Assembly (NCBI RefSeq): GCF_018977255.1
Contig: NW_024704743.1
Coordinates: 61,258,001 to 61,322,000, forward strand
DNA: 64,000 bases
Reading direction: 5' to 3'
DNA from: Callorhinchus milii
Taxonomy: Eukaryota
The notes under the pieces: model-generated
The model's input: the letters and a program-made list of their open reading frames with translations, nothing else
The model's database searches: none
What the model was told of the DNA's origin: nothing
In this document: in pieces, positions 60,870 through 64,000 of the stretch
How the letters are laid out: the number at the start of each line of letters is the position of its first letter
Position numbering within the stretch: the stretch's first letter is position 1
Translations under genes and position numbers: made by a program

Positions 60870-61380
60870 TTCATGTTACTGAATCTAGACATATCTGAAA
60901 TTTCTCCCATGCTCTCCTCACCGGTCTCCCCAGTTTCACCATTTACAAAATTCAATTGATTTAAAACTGCCAACTGAATCCTTATGGGTCCCAAACTCTG
61001 CAGCCCCATTACTCTAGTCCTTGCCAGGTTCCACTGGCTCCCTGTTGCAGAATGGACCGATTTCAAGATCTTCACACTCACCTACAAAACTCATCACACC
61101 CTGGCAACACCCAACTCATAAACCTGCTCACACCCCACTCCTCTACCTACCCCCTTCGCTTAGCCGGCTCTGGCCTTCTGTGTGACTCTCATTCTTTCTG
61201 TTCCACCAGCGGTGGTCATGCTTTCAGCTACTATGACACAAAACACTGGAACTCCCTGCTTATCTCACTGTGCCAAGTATCTTTTTTGCCTGTCTTCAGA
61301 TCATACTTATTCAATCTTAACTACAGCTACTATTGTTGCGCTCCAAGATGCTACCCCATAAGAAAGTGTGCTATATAATT
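60870..61380 (+). mobile_element. Old L2 3' fragment
   Basis: PITLVLARFHWLPV, FKIFTLTYK, SGGHAFSYY..KHWNSL motifs. Confidence 0.75.
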
Positions 61381-61479
61381 GAAATTTGTCTCAAAAACAG
61401 TGTTTGATACTGACTGACCAATTCATTGCAGCCCATATTGATATCAATTTGAACTGAGTTTGGCAACCCTTAACCCATA

Positions 61480-61632
61480 CGAACATAAGAACATAAGAAT
61501 TAGGAGCAGGAGTAGGCTGTTCGGCCCCTCTAGCTTGCCCCGTCATTCAATACGATCATGGCTGATCTATTTTAACTCCACCTACCCGCCTTATCCCCAT
61601 ATCCCTTAATCCCTTTATCTACAAGAAATCTG
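61480..61632 (-). mobile_element. CR1 3' end
   Basis: (AACATAAG)n-AATTAGGAGCAGGAGTAGGC terminus. Confidence 0.8.
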
Positions 61633-63339
61633 AAGACAGGCAAATAACTCACTGTTTAATGTGCGGATTTTTTTTCTTTGTGAAACTCATACTTCAGTAG
61701 AGCAGCGTTTTGTTGTGGTGGTGGGGGGATGGAAGAGGTGAGGTCTGTAAAATTACAATGTGGCACCATCACTGTCAGTAACCAATGACAAAACTGTGCA
61801 TGTGTGCACAAAGCAGGCCACATGTACAGCGAGCTGGTGGTGACTTTGGCAGAGGCTTCATGACCAAGATGTTGACTCTTTGTAGCACTCAGAGAGCCAG
61901 CTGACACGTGGGAAGCTGATATATGGGAAGCAGTCAACATGGGGGAAAGCCAACTGTGGGTCCACACGGTATCGTCTTACAACAACAACAACTTGGATTT
62001 ATATAGCGCCCTCCACGCCGAATGGCATCTCAGAGCACTGCTGTCTGAGCCTCAAAGACAACCAAACACAAATTACAGCATCCCCTATTCAAGCCTGGCA
62101 CTCTGTTCTCCACGCTGTTACACGTGAACCAGGGTTATAATGAAACATATGAGGCTCCATTGTATTTCCCTTGATGCTGCTTGAAACAATTATGTAATTT
62201 GTGATATTTGGCAAAGAATGGGAAACAATAATTGAGATTTTCATTCCTCAATATTTGCCATATTCTAATTTTAATTATTAGCAAATTTCAAAAAGACCAA
62301 AGAGCAAATCTCTACCTCCTCACCGCTGTCAGCTTTCACTCTGCCCTTTTCTTAAACTCTTTGGCAGCCATTTAGGAATCCAGTTTACAAACAGTGAAAA
62401 TGTGATGGCAAAACAGGAGTTGCAAATTTTGCACTTTTCCATATATATTCCTTCCAAAATATTTTTCTCTGATTAAGTCACAAGCTTTCTGTTTATGAGC
62501 AACGTTTTAATTTTCAGTATGAAAACCCGCAGTCATTTCTGACCCAAATGAAGACGTAGAAAATCTAAAAATTGCATCTTTCCCCAGTTCTTATCGACAC
62601 ATGAGAACTTTAATGGCTCAACTATAAGAACCTAAAAGGCATTAAATGAACAAAGGGCCCACTCTGTAAAATATTCAAGACCTACCTAATAGTGGACTTT
62701 GCTTTACTCACTATTACTCTTTGGAAACGTTTTGTATAGCTGCTGTCTGGGCCTCGAAGACAACCAAACACAAATTACAGCATCCCCTATTCAAACCTGG
62801 CATGCTGTTCTCCATAGGCTATCTGTTACCATAAGAGTCTCACATGGAATGACTGGAAAAATTCAACCCAGTGTTTAGCAGGCATCGGCTCATAAATCTT
62901 GATTCAGCTACAAATTGCCAATTTTACTCAAAAGAGTGAGAAAAGGAAAGTGCCACTCAGTTGATATTTTGAAATCGGCCAGAGGAGAAGACACTTTACT
63001 TTCTATCTAACCTAAAAATGTTTGATGCTGGCAAGTGTTCCAATTCCCAGTGAATATATTGCTCACCTTAATAGACATAAAATGTCATATAGAAAATGAA
63101 GGGCATAGGAAAACAGAAAAAGGCCATTCACCTCATTGAGCCTGTTCACTAGTTTAGTAGATCTTAGCAGATATTTTAGTTACCATGGCTTACCCTTTGG
63201 CTATATCCCTTTATACTTCTACTACCCAAGTGTCTCTCTTTTAAACAACTATATTGAATCCACTCATCTGTGTATGCCATGTCATTTACCTATGTTAAAA
63301 CCAAGACAAGTAGACCGGAGGTCAGCAAGCCTTTTTTCA

Positions 63340-63552
63340 CACAGCAATGAGGAATACTCTGCCCCAGAAAGTTATAGAGGTGGATTCAATAAGGATATTT
63401 AAAAGAGAAATCAGCTGATACTTGGGTTGTACAGGTATGAAAAGATGAAAGGGTGAGACATTAGGATTAAAAGATCTGCCCAAATCTAATAAACTGGTGG
63501 AGTAGGCGCGATGGCCTGAATGGCCTCATCTTGTTACTGTTTTCCTATGTTC
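63340..63552 (+). mobile_element. Degenerate CR1 3' end
   Basis: TTTTTTCACACAG...ATTTAAAAGAGAAAT...ATGGCCTGAATGGCCT...TTCCTATGTTCCTA. Confidence 0.65.
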
Positions 63553-63624
63553 CTAAACAATGCAGTTTTCACAAACAATTTTCACAAGTTGATTGTTGTT
63601 TCCATTTTGCACTGCGATTCACTA

Positions 63625-63990
63625 ACAACAACAACTTGCATTTATATAGCGCCCTCCACGCTGGGCGGCGTCTCAAAGTGCTTAACAATGGTGGAACTCG
63701 AGACCCAGCCAGGGGGAGGGGGAAAGTGACCGTAGGCGCAGTCAAAGATGAAGGTTTTCGGGCGCGACCTGAAGATGGAGAAGGAGGGGATGAGGCAAAG
63801 GGGTTGACGGGGGGAGTTCCAAAGTTTTGGGGCGTAGTGGCTGAAGGCACAGCCGCCGAATGTGAAGCAGAGGATTCGGGGGACGCGGAGGAGGCCGGAC
63901 CCAGTAGAATGGAGGCAGCGGGTACTGCTGTGGGGAGAGAGGAGGTTACAGAGATAGGGGGCTGCCAAGGAATAGAGCAATTTAAACACT
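63625..63990 (-). mobile_element. L2 3' end (second subfamily)
   Basis: APYLCNLLSP, GSGLLRVPR, GGCAFSHYAPKLWNS; (CAA)n tail. Confidence 0.88.
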
Positions 63991-64000
63991 AACAAATTAT

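Overview
Eukaryotic, repeat-rich vertebrate genomic DNA. The repeat content (Deu-domain tRNA-SINEs, L2 and CR1 LINEs, Penelope-like remnants) points to a cartilaginous fish, most likely a chimaera (inference). The only host coding sequence I can support is four minus-strand exons of the GABA-B receptor subunit 2 gene GABBR2: 18001-18111, 12510-12734, 11258-11440 and 9786-9915. They correspond to human exons 14-17 (ECL2/TM5 through TM7 and the C-terminal coiled coil), all have GT-AG boundaries and join in a continuous frame. I could not find the preceding or following exons, so the rest of the window is probably intron (>45 kb upstream, >9.7 kb downstream). It is filled with L2, CR1, two tRNA-SINE families, hAT/MITE relics and a 22-bp minisatellite. 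No prokaryotic-type system (CRISPR, operon) is present. Best leads: a minimal hammerhead-ribozyme motif in a Penelope-like repeat; a candidate 24-nt microexon and a candidate 143-nt frameshifting cassette exon in the long intron; an L2 with an in-frame loss of the RT core; a CR1/L2 chimera; a covarying 3' stem-loop shared by SINEs and L2; a possible dimeric SINE; and a near-perfect 40-bp inverted repeat. Repeat boundaries were read by eye and are approximate.
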